From NCBI GenBank assembly GCA_963716765.1, contig CAVQUO010000024.1:1491-65490 (forward strand): a DNA stretch of 64,000 bases. Direction: 5' to 3'. Source of the DNA: an uncultured Bacteroidota bacterium. GTDB lineage: Bacteria; Bacteroidota; Bacteroidia; Bacteroidales; GCA-2748055. Shown one piece after another: positions 21,874 to 31,283 of the stretch. The notes under the pieces are model-generated. The model was given only the letters and a program-made list of their open reading frames with translations, was not told where the DNA came from and did not search any database. The position numbers and the translations under genes are program-made. Position 1 is the first letter of the stretch. Each line of letters starts with the position of its first letter.

Positions 21874-21915
21874 AAGGCAGGGGCCATTTCAGGTTCCTGC
21901 CTTTCTTTTATTTTT
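21874..21915 (+). terminator. Rho-independent terminator downstream of hsp20
   Basis: An 8-bp stem AAGGCAGG (21874-21881) / CCTGCCTT (21896-21903) followed by TCTTTTATTTTT. It overlaps the 3' end of the convergent EamA gene. Confidence 0.6.
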
Positions 21916-22878
21916 CATTTTCCCCCAGGTCAGTACAATGACTCCAACAATAGTGATTATCCCCCCTGTCACCTGCAGCATTTCAGGCAGAATGGAAAGG
22001 TAAATCATGGAGCCAAGCAATACAAAAAGGCTCCTGGTTGACTGGATGATCATGGTTCGGGAAGCTTCAATATATTTTAGTGCTGAGTATTGGGCGAAGC
22101 CGGTTAGAAAGGGGCCCAGTAGAGATCCGATGGCCATGTTAATGGCTGCACTTACCGGGATGTGAAAGCTCTCCTGGCGGAGGAGCATGGCTGATACTCC
22201 GAACAGAAAAATGAATATCACCCGATTCAGGGTCAGTATTCCCGGGTGAATGTCCTTGATCCGGCTTTTGGCAGTAATGATACTCGCCGATGCAAATATG
22301 GACGAAACCAGGATCCATCCTGAGCCTTTTCCGAAAAATTCACTGATACTGGTATCTCGAGTATAGGAGATCAGGATGACTCCCCCAATGGTGAGTATGA
22401 TGCCAATGGCCTCCACAGCGTTAAAGCGTTCCCCCAGGAATTTGATACCTAGGATGGTTACAAAAATGGGGGTGAGATTGGACAAAAAGGATATGGTGGT
22501 GGGGTTATCGGCGAGTTGAATGGCAAGGAACATCATGGTTGACGATCCCAATTCCAGGAGCCCGATAATTACCAGGGTAATGTTGGAGGAGCGGCTAAGC
22601 TTTGGAATTTTCCTGATGATTCCGGTAATGAACAGAAAGGGCAGAATCCAGATCATTGCAAAACCAAACCAGTAGAATTGAAACTGAAAATAGGAAACTT
22701 CCATCAGGGCCGCTTTGGAGAACACATACACATTTGCCATTCCAAGGGTAGCCAGGAAAGCAAGTGATATACCTTTTACGGTGGGATTGATCCGGGAAAG
22801 AAAGTCCTTCATATATATTATAGGCTTACACCCTGCGATGGTTTCGGGGGAGATGAAGTCATTAAATGGTGGCCGCAA
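21889..22878 (-). CDS. EamA/DMT-family transporter
   Basis: About 10 TM segments in two EamA-like halves. The probable start is the Met at 22812 (MKDFLSRINPTVKGISLAF). Confidence 0.75.
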   Translation of the reverse strand: MRPPFNDFISPETIAGCKPIIYMKDFLSRINPTVKGISLAFLATLGMANVYVFSKAALMEVSYFQFQFYWFGFAMIWILPFLFITGIIRKIPKLSRSSNITLVIIGLLELGSSTMMFLAIQLADNPTTISFLSNLTPIFVTILGIKFLGERFNAVEAIGIILTIGGVILISYTRDTSISEFFGKGSGWILVSSIFASASIITAKSRIKDIHPGILTLNRVIFIFLFGVSAMLLRQESFHIPVSAAINMAIGSLLGPFLTGFAQYSALKYIEASRTMIIQSTRSLFVLLGSMIYLSILPEMLQVTGGIITIVGVIVLTWGKMKNKRKAGT

Positions 22879-22959
22879 AATAAAGATATAATCCCTATAT
22901 TCGCAAAATCTGGCTGCTTTTTAACGATGCCGTAAGTGAAATAATATACCCAACATCTC

Positions 22960-24597
22960 ATGAAAATCAGACACATTACCCTCCTGGCCTTTCTTTTGTC
23001 GCTGATTGTTCTTCCTTCCTTCGGACAGAAAAAGGGACTCGAATCCATTAACGCCCATGACCTTAAGATGCATATGAAATTTCTTGCTTCCAACGAGCTT
23101 GAGGGGAGGAATACCGGTGAACCCGGACTTCTGATTGCCGCACGATATTTAGCCGGTCAGGCCGAACAGCTTGGATTACAGGCGGCTGATGCTGAGACGG
23201 GTTATTTTCAATATTATACCATTGTTGAGAAATCAAATGATTTAGCCAATAGTGCGATTACCATTTCTGAGGCCGGTAAAGAGGACCTTGTCAACCGGGA
23301 TCCCTTTTACATGATGAGCCCCATGGAGGGAGATTTGATCAGCCTGGAGGGCCAGGTGGTTTTTGCCGGATACGGGATCAGTGATGAAGAGAATAACTAC
23401 GATGATTTGGAGGGGATTGATATCTCCGATAAGATTGTAATGATTATGAACGGTGCACCCAAAAACGAAGATGGTAGTGAGTATCTTTTTGGTGAACAAA
23501 AATACACGGGAATGCGGGCTATGCAGTATAAAATGCAGGCCATATTTTCTCAGCAGCCTAAGGCTGTAATGATCGTACAGGATCCCAAGTCGGGATTTTC
23601 TTCCATTGATGAGGAGATGCCGGGGATAGCCAACTATCTCGGACGCTCCAGGAGCCTTAAGGGAGAAGAAGGCGGCAGGCGAAGCCGGAGTGGTCCTGCA
23701 ACCATTGTTTTTATCAACAGAAGCGTGGCCGACCAGCTGCTTGCAAGCTCTGGAAATAATCTGAAGGATCTGCAAATAGGAATCGATAGCAAGCTTACGC
23801 CCAATTCTTTTGCTGTGGACAGTGTCGATCTAAAAATCGAGTTGAAGAAGGAGGTAAAAGACATTATTGTTTCTAATGTTTTCGGACTCATCGAAGGCAG
23901 TGATCCGGTACTAAAGGATGAGGTGCTTATTTACGTGGCTCATTACGATCATATTGGGACCGACGGTGAAGGCGGAGTTTTTAACGGAGCTGATGATAAT
24001 GCATCAGGAACCGTGGCACTTATTGAAATTGCCCAGGCTTTTATGAAGGAGAAAAAGAGGCCGGCAAGGAGCGTCGGGATCCTGTGGGTTTCGGCCGAGG
24101 AGATAGGGCTTTATGGCTCAAAGTATTTTTCAGATCATCCCCTGGTAGCAGAGGAGCAGATCGCCGCTGTGATTAATCTTGACATGGTGGGGCGTACCCG
24201 TACCATTGAAGATGAGCAGAGCGACAGGCCTGGTCTTACCATTGCAGGCGGAGACACCGTTAAAGTCATTGGTGGATTGCAGAGCGAGGTCCTGATGGGA
24301 ATTAATGTGAAGACCCTCGACGAAATGGACCTGATTGGGAATTATGAATACAATGACCTGACTCACCCAGAACGTTATTTCTACAGGAGCGACCATCTCA
24401 ATTTTGCCCGCAAGGATATTCCGGTGCTTTTTTACTCCACAGGTACGCATAAAGACTACCACATGGTCACCGATGAGGAGAAGCTGATCGACTATGATAA
24501 ATTTGTAAAAATGACACGCTTCTCATACAAAGCCGGGTACAATGTAGCAGACTACAAAGGTTCCATCGAGGTTGACAATCCCATGTCAACCTGGTAG
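22960..24597 (+). CDS. M28-family zinc aminopeptidase with PA-like insert, exported
   Basis: Signal peptide, EGRNTGEPG, VAHYDHIG, NGADDNASGTVALIEIAQAF, SAEEIGLYGSKYF, NLDMVG and FYRSDH. Confidence 0.85.
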   Translation: MKIRHITLLAFLLSLIVLPSFGQKKGLESINAHDLKMHMKFLASNELEGRNTGEPGLLIAARYLAGQAEQLGLQAADAETGYFQYYTIVEKSNDLANSAITISEAGKEDLVNRDPFYMMSPMEGDLISLEGQVVFAGYGISDEENNYDDLEGIDISDKIVMIMNGAPKNEDGSEYLFGEQKYTGMRAMQYKMQAIFSQQPKAVMIVQDPKSGFSSIDEEMPGIANYLGRSRSLKGEEGGRRSRSGPATIVFINRSVADQLLASSGNNLKDLQIGIDSKLTPNSFAVDSVDLKIELKKEVKDIIVSNVFGLIEGSDPVLKDEVLIYVAHYDHIGTDGEGGVFNGADDNASGTVALIEIAQAFMKEKKRPARSVGILWVSAEEIGLYGSKYFSDHPLVAEEQIAAVINLDMVGRTRTIEDEQSDRPGLTIAGGDTVKVIGGLQSEVLMGINVKTLDEMDLIGNYEYNDLTHPERYFYRSDHLNFARKDIPVLFYSTGTHKDYHMVTDEEKLIDYDKFVKMTRFSYKAGYNVADYKGSIEVDNPMSTW

Positions 24598-24612
24598 CCT
24601 TGAGAGTGGAGA

Positions 24613-25266
24613 TTACAAAACTTCCAGGTAGACATTTCTGAACTGCATGGGTGATCCCTCGGACTGAAGAAGAATATTTCCTTCAGTAAGTGTCATGTCA
24701 GTTCCCAGGTTTTGTAGCACCCCGTTTACGCTTGCCTCCAGCTTACCATCAAGGGAGGTAATATCGTAAGTATTCCATTCGCCCTTTGGATTTTCACTGA
24801 CTTCTTCAAATTTTGGAAGAACCTTATATCTATTCTCCTCCGATTCGATCAGGTAGGTGCTGTCTTTTATCGTAATTCCAGACCCTTTTCCTATCAGGAC
24901 CACATCTCCGGCCTTTTCATGCATGAGCTGGCACTCAATGGCAAGGGGCCAGATCATATCATTGCCTGTTACGTGCAGCAGCACTCCACTATTGGTGGGT
25001 TCATCTATCCAACGCCATTCGACGTGGAGTTTGTAGTTGCTGTAAATCTCCTTCGTACGGATGTAACCATGCGGCTTGCCGGAGGTTGAAATTAAACCAT
25101 CCTCCACCCAGAATAAATTTTCGGGCTGAACATCGGGTGAGCTGACAAAAATGTCCCAGTTGTCAAGGTTGTCTCCGTTGAACAACATTACCTTATTGTC
25201 GGTTTTGAAGGAGAAAATAACAAGGGAAAGGGCAAAAAAAGCAGCGGTTTTCAGGATTGTTTTCAT
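24613..25266 (-). CDS. DUF1080 (3-keto-disaccharide hydrolase-like) exported protein
   Basis: LFNGDNLDNW, YSNYKLHVEWRW, NSGVLLH and ILLQSEGSPMQFRNVYL are the family pattern. It has a paralogue at 56821..57513. Confidence 0.75.
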   Translation of the reverse strand: MKTILKTAAFFALSLVIFSFKTDNKVMLFNGDNLDNWDIFVSSPDVQPENLFWVEDGLISTSGKPHGYIRTKEIYSNYKLHVEWRWIDEPTNSGVLLHVTGNDMIWPLAIECQLMHEKAGDVVLIGKGSGITIKDSTYLIESEENRYKVLPKFEEVSENPKGEWNTYDITSLDGKLEASVNGVLQNLGTDMTLTEGNILLQSEGSPMQFRNVYLEVL

Positions 25267-25348
25267 GGGTGCAGAATTCTTTTAAGGTTAGAATGCACCA
25301 ATTTACAAAAAAAACCAAGTCATAAAACTTGCGTCCCTGGCACCTGCC

Positions 25349-26134
25349 TCAGTAAATCTCGGGAACAAAAGTCTGCTCCGAAATGGGAGGTCTTACATAG
25401 CCTGTCATGTTGATGGGGGGCAGTTTGATCTTTTTATGTACAATCTCCTCGTAGGGAACCATACTTAGAAAATGGCTTATGCAATTTAGCCGGGCTTTCC
25501 TTTTGTCATCGGCATGGACAACGAGCCAGGGGGAGACTTTGCTGTCGGTATAAGCGAACATCTCATCTTTGGCTTTGCTGTATTCGATCCACTTGTTTCT
25601 GGATTCAAGATCAGTCACACTAAATTTCCATCGTTTTAGCGGATCTTCAATGCGTTCCCTGAATCTTCGATCCTGCTCTTCATCACTGACAGAAAACCAA
25701 TATTTAATCAATATGATTCCAGAATGGATTAACATCTCTTCAAAACGAGGACAAGAACGCAAAAATTCCCAGTACTCTTCTTCGGTGCAATATCCCATCA
25801 CACGTTCAACCCCGGCACGGTTATACCAGCTTCGGTCGAAGAGGACAATTTCTCCGGCCGCAGGAAGGTGGGTTACATAACGCTGAAAGTACCACTGGGA
25901 TTTCTCTTTTTCAGTGGGAACACCCAGGGCAACTACCCGGGCAATCCTGGGATTCAAACGCTGGGTAATCCTCTTTATTACACCGCCCTTGCCGGCGGCA
26001 TCTCTTCCCTCGAAAAGAACCACCACCCTTAGGTTTTTGGCTTTCACCCATTCATGCATTTTCACCAATTCAAGTTGGAGCTTTTCCAACTCATGGAAGT
26101 ATTTCTCCTTATCAAGCTTTTTGTTCTTACTCAT
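25349..26134 (-). CDS. ppk2: Polyphosphate kinase 2 (PPK2)
   Basis: VVVLFEGRDAAGKGGVIKRI (Walker A), FDRSWYNRAGVERVMG and KRWKFSVTDLESR. Confidence 0.9.
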   Translation of the reverse strand: MSKNKKLDKEKYFHELEKLQLELVKMHEWVKAKNLRVVVLFEGRDAAGKGGVIKRITQRLNPRIARVVALGVPTEKEKSQWYFQRYVTHLPAAGEIVLFDRSWYNRAGVERVMGYCTEEEYWEFLRSCPRFEEMLIHSGIILIKYWFSVSDEEQDRRFRERIEDPLKRWKFSVTDLESRNKWIEYSKAKDEMFAYTDSKVSPWLVVHADDKRKARLNCISHFLSMVPYEEIVHKKIKLPPINMTGYVRPPISEQTFVPEIY

Positions 26135-26189
26135 TATTCAATGCTTAGTAGAATAAAAGTATGGTTTTCTTGCTTAACAGCCACATACA

Positions 26190-26810
26190 CTACTTTGTGC
26201 CGAAGAGTCGGTCGCCTGCATCACCAAGCCCTGGCATGATATAGCCCAGTTCATTGAGTCCTTCATCCATGGCAGCAAGGTAAATGTCAACATCGGGGTG
26301 TTCATCTTCAATCCTGCTAACACCCTCCGGTGCTCCGACAATACAGACCAGTTTAATAAAGCTTGCACCCTCTTTTTTCAGGGTGCTAATGGCCAAACTT
26401 GCGCTGCCCCCTGTGGCCAGCATTGGATCCAGAATCATGACCACAGCCTCGGCAACGTTTCCCGGGAATTTGGCGTAATAATTCATGGGCTTAAGGGTAA
26501 GATGATCCCTGTATAATCCTATGTGTCCCACCTTTGCAGTGGGGATCAGGTTTGTGATGCCATCCACCATTCCTAAACCTGCTCTAAGAACGGGTACCAG
26601 CACGATCTCCCTGGCCAGCTCTTTAGTGAAACATTTTTTCAAGGGTGTTTCAATTTCAATGTCCTGGGTGGGCAGATCGCGGGTGATCTCATAGGCCATC
26701 AGTCCCGCAATCTCATCCAGGTTCTCTCTGAATTCTTTTGTGCCGGTCTCTTTTTTTCGAAGCAGGGTTAACTTGTGCTGGATCAGTGGGTGTTGAACAA
26801 CTGTTAGCAT
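26190..26810 (-). CDS. upp: Uracil phosphoribosyltransferase
   Basis: [22 protein letters not shown], the PRPP loop [12 protein letters not shown] and the C-terminal [17 protein letters not shown]. Confidence 0.95.
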   Translation of the reverse strand: MLTVVQHPLIQHKLTLLRKKETGTKEFRENLDEIAGLMAYEITRDLPTQDIEIETPLKKCFTKELAREIVLVPVLRAGLGMVDGITNLIPTAKVGHIGLYRDHLTLKPMNYYAKFPGNVAEAVVMILDPMLATGGSASLAISTLKKEGASFIKLVCIVGAPEGVSRIEDEHPDVDIYLAAMDEGLNELGYIMPGLGDAGDRLFGTK

Positions 26811-26824
26811 GAATAGGCCTTTTT

Positions 26825-28363
26825 TTATTTAAAAACGGAAGGGTCGGTTTCCCGCTCATTTCCTCTGAATGCAGCTACAAACGCCTGGTTATATCCTGAA
26901 GACTTGCATTTGGTTCTGAAGGAGAGCGCATCCTTTAGATTGTTGAATTCACCTACGGTTATCCTGTAGGCCCCCTTATAATAGTATTCCCAGCTTGAGT
27001 AAGCCGATCCGGAAATTGTTACCGATGGCTGACTTTTTGGTTTTGAACTTGAAAGAATCTGAACCCTGAAAACAACCTGGTTGGGATCTGTTGCCTGAAC
27101 CACTGCTTGTTCGGGTTCAGGTACGGATGGAGGTATAGCCACCACTGGGGCAGGTTCTGTTTCCTGCACCTCAGGAATAATTACTGGCAAGGCAGTTTGC
27201 ACTTCTGGCTCAGGTTCTGGCTCAGGTTCAGGCTCAGGTAGTTGTGCCTGCACTTTTTCAGGCTCTTCTTCCTTATCATCGCGTCCGAGAAGGGGAAGGG
27301 CCGTCAGGTTGAATCCGGCCTCAATCTCCAGTTCAGATGCTGCACCAAAGGTAGCCGAGGTAAATCCTGAAGTGATCATGTCCTCCAGTAGAAGCGACAT
27401 ATCCTGGTTTTTAGTGTCAATACCCGCAGATATGAAGGCGCTGTTATTCAGACCCATTTTAAGAACCTCTTCGGAAAGGGTTTCGCCTTCGCCTTCGGAA
27501 GTAAAGAGGGCGATTTTTCTTCCTGGATGAATGGAGAATCCTAATTCATTTTTTTCAGAGTTTACGAAATCACTCAGGTTTTGAGGCTTGTCCCAGCCAT
27601 CTCCATTAAAAAGGCAGACATAGATGTCATATCCACCATATCCCATATGGCCCGATGATGAGAAGAATAGATTGTTGTGCTGGTCCAGGAAGGGATACCA
27701 TTCATGCCCGCTGGTATTAATTTCAGGTCCAAGGGAGACCGGAGTCATCCAGCCACTGGCATTTCTTCTTGAGACAAAAAGATCCAATCCCCCGCTGGAA
27801 GGAGTAAGATCCGTTGCCATAACCATATACTCTCCGTCGGTGGATATTGCCGGATGCATAAACCTGGTGGGCCCTGCTGTGAAGGGCAGCTGCTTGTAAG
27901 TGCTTACCTCACCGTTGATAATGGTGGCCTCGAAAATTTTTTCCGGCATTAGATTGCCGGGAACCTCGATCTTTTTTGTGAAATATACAGTCTGATAATC
28001 CCTGGTATAGGAGGTTCCGGCCGGCGAGTAGGGAAAAGGATCGTTCGTAAATAGTGGTCTGCTGCTTTCCAGTGCAATATATTCCAGGGGAACAAAGTAG
28101 GAGGCTATTTCCCCAAAGTTGATGTGATCGGGAAGCATCTTCTGATGGTATTTAGTATTGGAAAGGAATACAATCCCGTTGAGATAAAATGTCACGTCGA
28201 TGGAGGGCCCCTTGATTTCTAATGCGACAGTATCCAATACCAGGAGCTCTCCAACCCTGATAGAATCATCCTGTGCCCCCGATGCAGATGACATCATTAG
28301 TAGCGCACCAAGCAGGGGGATCAGATATTTGAACCTTGTTATCTTTGGCATGATCTGCTTCAT
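26825..28363 (-). CDS. Exported PD40/TolB-like beta-propeller protein with a Pro/Glu-rich linker and a C-terminal SPOR-like peptidoglycan-binding domain
   Basis: Signal peptide. PD40-like repeats ([11 protein letters not shown]..., [18 protein letters not shown]). A linker with [13 protein letters not shown]-terminal VFRVQILSS...[34 protein letters not shown] is typical SPOR. Confidence 0.7.
   Translation of the reverse strand: MKQIMPKITRFKYLIPLLGALLMMSSASGAQDDSIRVGELLVLDTVALEIKGPSIDVTFYLNGIVFLSNTKYHQKMLPDHINFGEIASYFVPLEYIALESSRPLFTNDPFPYSPAGTSYTRDYQTVYFTKKIEVPGNLMPEKIFEATIINGEVSTYKQLPFTAGPTRFMHPAISTDGEYMVMATDLTPSSGGLDLFVSRRNASGWMTPVSLGPEINTSGHEWYPFLDQHNNLFFSSSGHMGYGGYDIYVCLFNGDGWDKPQNLSDFVNSEKNELGFSIHPGRKIALFTSEGEGETLSEEVLKMGLNNSAFISAGIDTKNQDMSLLLEDMITSGFTSATFGAASELEIEAGFNLTALPLLGRDDKEEEPEKVQAQLPEPEPEPEPEPEVQTALPVIIPEVQETEPAPVVAIPPSVPEPEQAVVQATDPNQVVFRVQILSSSKPKSQPSVTISGSAYSSWEYYYKGAYRITVGEFNNLKDALSFRTKCKSSGYNQAFVAAFRGNERETDPSVFK
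27203..27238 (-). repeat. (Pro-Glu)6 coding microsatellite in the linker of the PD40-SPOR protein
   Basis: The plus strand reads TTCTGGCTCAGGTTCTGGCTCAGGTTCAGGCTCAGG, which is (CCn GAr)6 on the coding strand. Confidence 0.85.
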
Positions 28364-28374
28364 TAATCTTGTTT

Positions 28375-29334
28375 TTACCAGTGTCGGTGCTGGGTAAACG
28401 TTGGGCTTCCCTTCCCAATGTTCATGCCCGCTGACACTTCGAAAATAATATTCTCATCGTTCAGGTAACCAACCCTGGGGAATTGAAGGAAAACTCCGGC
28501 ATAAAATTTCGGAAATTGGTATTGAAAGAAGAGTGCAAATATGTCCAGGTCCTTCAAATAGGATCCAATGTAAAAATTATTCAGGTAGACCTTCAGGTAG
28601 GGTACAATTTGATTGAGGGGTTCGCTGATGGTCTCAGAGTCGAGAGTTGTGAGAAGGGATGGCTCAATTACAATGCCCAATCTCTTGCTTATCAAAAACT
28701 TGTATCCAACCTGAAAGTTATACTGACGGCTAAAATCGGAATAATTTAAAGTGCTGTCGCCATTAATATTGGTTCCAAAGAGAGTCGTAATTGATATTCC
28801 GGCAAATACCTGGGGACCATAATAATAGACCCCTATGTCCATGTTTGGCCTGAATTTAGTGCTTAGAGAATCGGAGGGTGACTCGGAACTTGTTTTGGGT
28901 ACTGCAAATACTCCCTTTAATGTGGCTCCAACAGAGATGAAATTTATTTTTTGAGGATCCAGGGAAAAATGATAGGCGCCTGCCAGGGCCAATCCCGTAT
29001 TCCATGAGATATCAAATTGCTCCTGAAAGGCATATGCACCGATACCAAGTTTGGAGAAAAGACCATCGGGTGAGAGTAGGCGAGTATTGAAGTTTATAAT
29101 TTGAGTGTCAGGCTGCTTGGATGCCTTAGTTGTCAGGCTGATGCTTGTGAAATCTTTGCTGCCCGTAAAGGCAGGGTTCAGTACCATAGGGTGATAGATA
29201 GGTATGGAATGAAGTTTAGAAGGAGCGCCCTGTCCGTGAAGCGAAGTGCCCGTTCCAAACACTAAAAAAAGAGCCAGGCTGATTGCTACAGCCCTGCCCC
29301 CCACACAAATGAATTTTCTCCATCCCATAAACAA
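28375..29334 (-). CDS. PorP/SprF-family type IX secretion system outer-membrane protein
   Basis: Signal peptide, then HSIPIYHPMVLNPAFTGSKDFTSISLTTK. Alternating beta-strand pattern throughout and C-terminal ...GKGSPTFTQHRHW. This is the family signature of PorP/SprF. Confidence 0.8.
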   Translation of the reverse strand: MFMGWRKFICVGGRAVAISLALFLVFGTGTSLHGQGAPSKLHSIPIYHPMVLNPAFTGSKDFTSISLTTKASKQPDTQIINFNTRLLSPDGLFSKLGIGAYAFQEQFDISWNTGLALAGAYHFSLDPQKINFISVGATLKGVFAVPKTSSESPSDSLSTKFRPNMDIGVYYYGPQVFAGISITTLFGTNINGDSTLNYSDFSRQYNFQVGYKFLISKRLGIVIEPSLLTTLDSETISEPLNQIVPYLKVYLNNFYIGSYLKDLDIFALFFQYQFPKFYAGVFLQFPRVGYLNDENIIFEVSAGMNIGKGSPTFTQHRHW

Positions 29335-29341
29335 ACCGGGC

Positions 29342-29809
29342 TCAGTAGAGCAGTTCCGAAACTATAAACTGGGACTCCTGGTAAAACTGACCTTCCGTCA
29401 GGAGATTGCCGCTGTAAATCTTACCATCTTTTTCCAGATCAGAATAAGCTTTAATGCTTCCGGAGGCAATCACAATAAAGCGTTCGTGACCTGTGGTGTC
29501 TGCCGATACAGTGTATGTCTGTGACAGCCCTCCACCACTAATTGAACTTACATCAATGATGGTTCCGTTGAGGGTGTTGTAGATGGCCAGGTCGCCCGAA
29601 AACTGATAAAGAGTGGCAATATTTCCGGCGACTGTTATCTGCGGATTAGTATTAATCAGGCTGGTTGCAATTATTTTTTGATCCATTACGTGAGCACTGA
29701 TTTGGACAGTGGGATTGATGGTCATTATAGACTCCTCATCCAGATTCAGGCAACTGTTTAGAAGCAGAGACATGAGAAGCAGGGTGATAAATGTTATCTT
29801 CATTTTCAT
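29342..29809 (-). CDS. Small lipoprotein, unknown function (operon member)
   Basis: 155 aa with lipobox LLLNSCLN and a beta-rich sequence. The start abuts the upstream stop (0-nt spacer). Confidence 0.6.
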   Translation of the reverse strand: MKMKITFITLLLMSLLLNSCLNLDEESIMTINPTVQISAHVMDQKIIATSLINTNPQITVAGNIATLYQFSGDLAIYNTLNGTIIDVSSISGGGLSQTYTVSADTTGHERFIVIASGSIKAYSDLEKDGKIYSGNLLTEGQFYQESQFIVSELLY

Positions 29810-30304
29810 CTACATTTGTATTTTAACCTTTTTTTCCGAATAGTTCTTGTACTGTATCAACAAGCCAAGACATCCGATGTTTTCTTTGATTTCTTCTTCG
29901 GAGGAACCCCTGGCCAGTACGTCTATCTTGATGGTCAGCGATTTTGTGACATCAAATCCAAGCCCCAGCGACTCCAGGTATTTGTCATCTTCATTATCAT
30001 AGAGCACCTGTTGGGTCTGCTGGTCGATCAGAACAAAATGGATGGGGTACATTTTTTTATGTGTGCAGAAAGACAAAATGTAATCTTTCTGTCCGTAAAA
30101 CACCGCGTTCAACTCAAGGGTATCCAGGGGAGACATGCTGGCTGAATGCGATTGACTATATATTTTGTATCCTTTCTGAATGTCATAGCGACAGTCTCCA
30201 TCCATGTGGTGATACTCACAATCCTGAGAAAGGAGGTGAGCAGGTAGTAGCAGAAACAGTAGAGCCAGTAATTGTGTGTATCCTTTGTGTTTCATCTTTT
30301 CCAT
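29810..30304 (-). CDS. Small exported Cys-containing protein, unknown function (operon member)
   Basis: 164 aa with signal peptide ...LLLPAHLLSQD and Cys pairs (DCEYHHMDGDC, FC, GC). 3-nt spacer to the upstream gene. Confidence 0.6.
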   Translation of the reverse strand: MEKMKHKGYTQLLALLFLLLPAHLLSQDCEYHHMDGDCRYDIQKGYKIYSQSHSASMSPLDTLELNAVFYGQKDYILSFCTHKKMYPIHFVLIDQQTQQVLYDNEDDKYLESLGLGFDVTKSLTIKIDVLARGSSEEEIKENIGCLGLLIQYKNYSEKKVKIQM

Positions 30305-30307
30305 TTA

Positions 30308-31234
30308 TCAGTTTGCTTCAACGATACGGGTTCTCAATTCTGTCACCGCTATCTTAAGAGACTCAAAATCCTCTTCCGATAGGCTGGGTGGACTGGAGTC
30401 GGGCGATCCGCCAATGACCAGTTTTTTGGGCTGGTTCTCAGAGCCTTCCGAGGACCTTACAGAGACTTCTCCTTTGGCTGGCTCAATTCTGTTATATATA
30501 GCATGAATTTTTTCCAGATCCCGGATGGTGGATTTTACGCCAGGATCATCACTGTCTACACTCTGGGCAAACATCATGAAGTTATCGATGGTGTATTTCT
30601 GATCGGCCAGGTGTTGAAGTAGCTGGCCAGCTGTTCCGTAGTCATCTATCATGTTGACTGCCAGGAAAAGGCTTTCAGTGAAGGCTCCTGCAGAGAGCAT
30701 TACCACCGTATTGGACCTTTCATTTATTTCGCAGAAAGAGAGGATATTCATGAAAGCGTCGTTGGAGATGACATAGAGCGAGTCCAGGTATTCCACATTT
30801 TCCTTTGCCTTGGTGATCATGGCCTCATCAACGGCCTCATTGATACTGATCTCTTCGGAGAGCGATTTCACGGTCTCCAGGTAATTAAGTGTTTCTTCAT
30901 GCCTGTTGAATAGAGCAGCATAGGCCAGATCGGTCATATAAACTCCAAGAACATAGGTCTTTGATTTGGAGTCAAGATACTGATCCGCCCTTTCCACGGG
31001 ATTTAGAAGAGAGCCATTAAATTTCATATGGGTCATGTCAATGACACCCAACATCTCTGCAGGAGATGGATAGAGATGGTAGATTTGATTGAAGGAAGCA
31101 ATGCCCCCCGAATTTTCTAATTGGTCCAGATCCTGGATCAGAACCGGGGATCCCTTTTTCCCCGATTGACATGCTCCGAACATCATCATCATCATGAAAA
31201 CCAATGGGATGTATTTATTAACTGTATATTTCAT
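30308..31234 (-). CDS. Lipoprotein, unknown function (operon member)
   Basis: 308 aa with lipobox MMMFGACQSG, a predicted helical body and an acidic/Ser-Pro-rich tail. Confidence 0.6.
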   Translation of the reverse strand: MKYTVNKYIPLVFMMMMMFGACQSGKKGSPVLIQDLDQLENSGGIASFNQIYHLYPSPAEMLGVIDMTHMKFNGSLLNPVERADQYLDSKSKTYVLGVYMTDLAYAALFNRHEETLNYLETVKSLSEEISINEAVDEAMITKAKENVEYLDSLYVISNDAFMNILSFCEINERSNTVVMLSAGAFTESLFLAVNMIDDYGTAGQLLQHLADQKYTIDNFMMFAQSVDSDDPGVKSTIRDLEKIHAIYNRIEPAKGEVSVRSSEGSENQPKKLVIGGSPDSSPPSLSEEDFESLKIAVTELRTRIVEAN

Positions 31235-31283
31235 TTTCTATTATTATTGAATTCGACATTCAATTTATCACAAATATACCACT

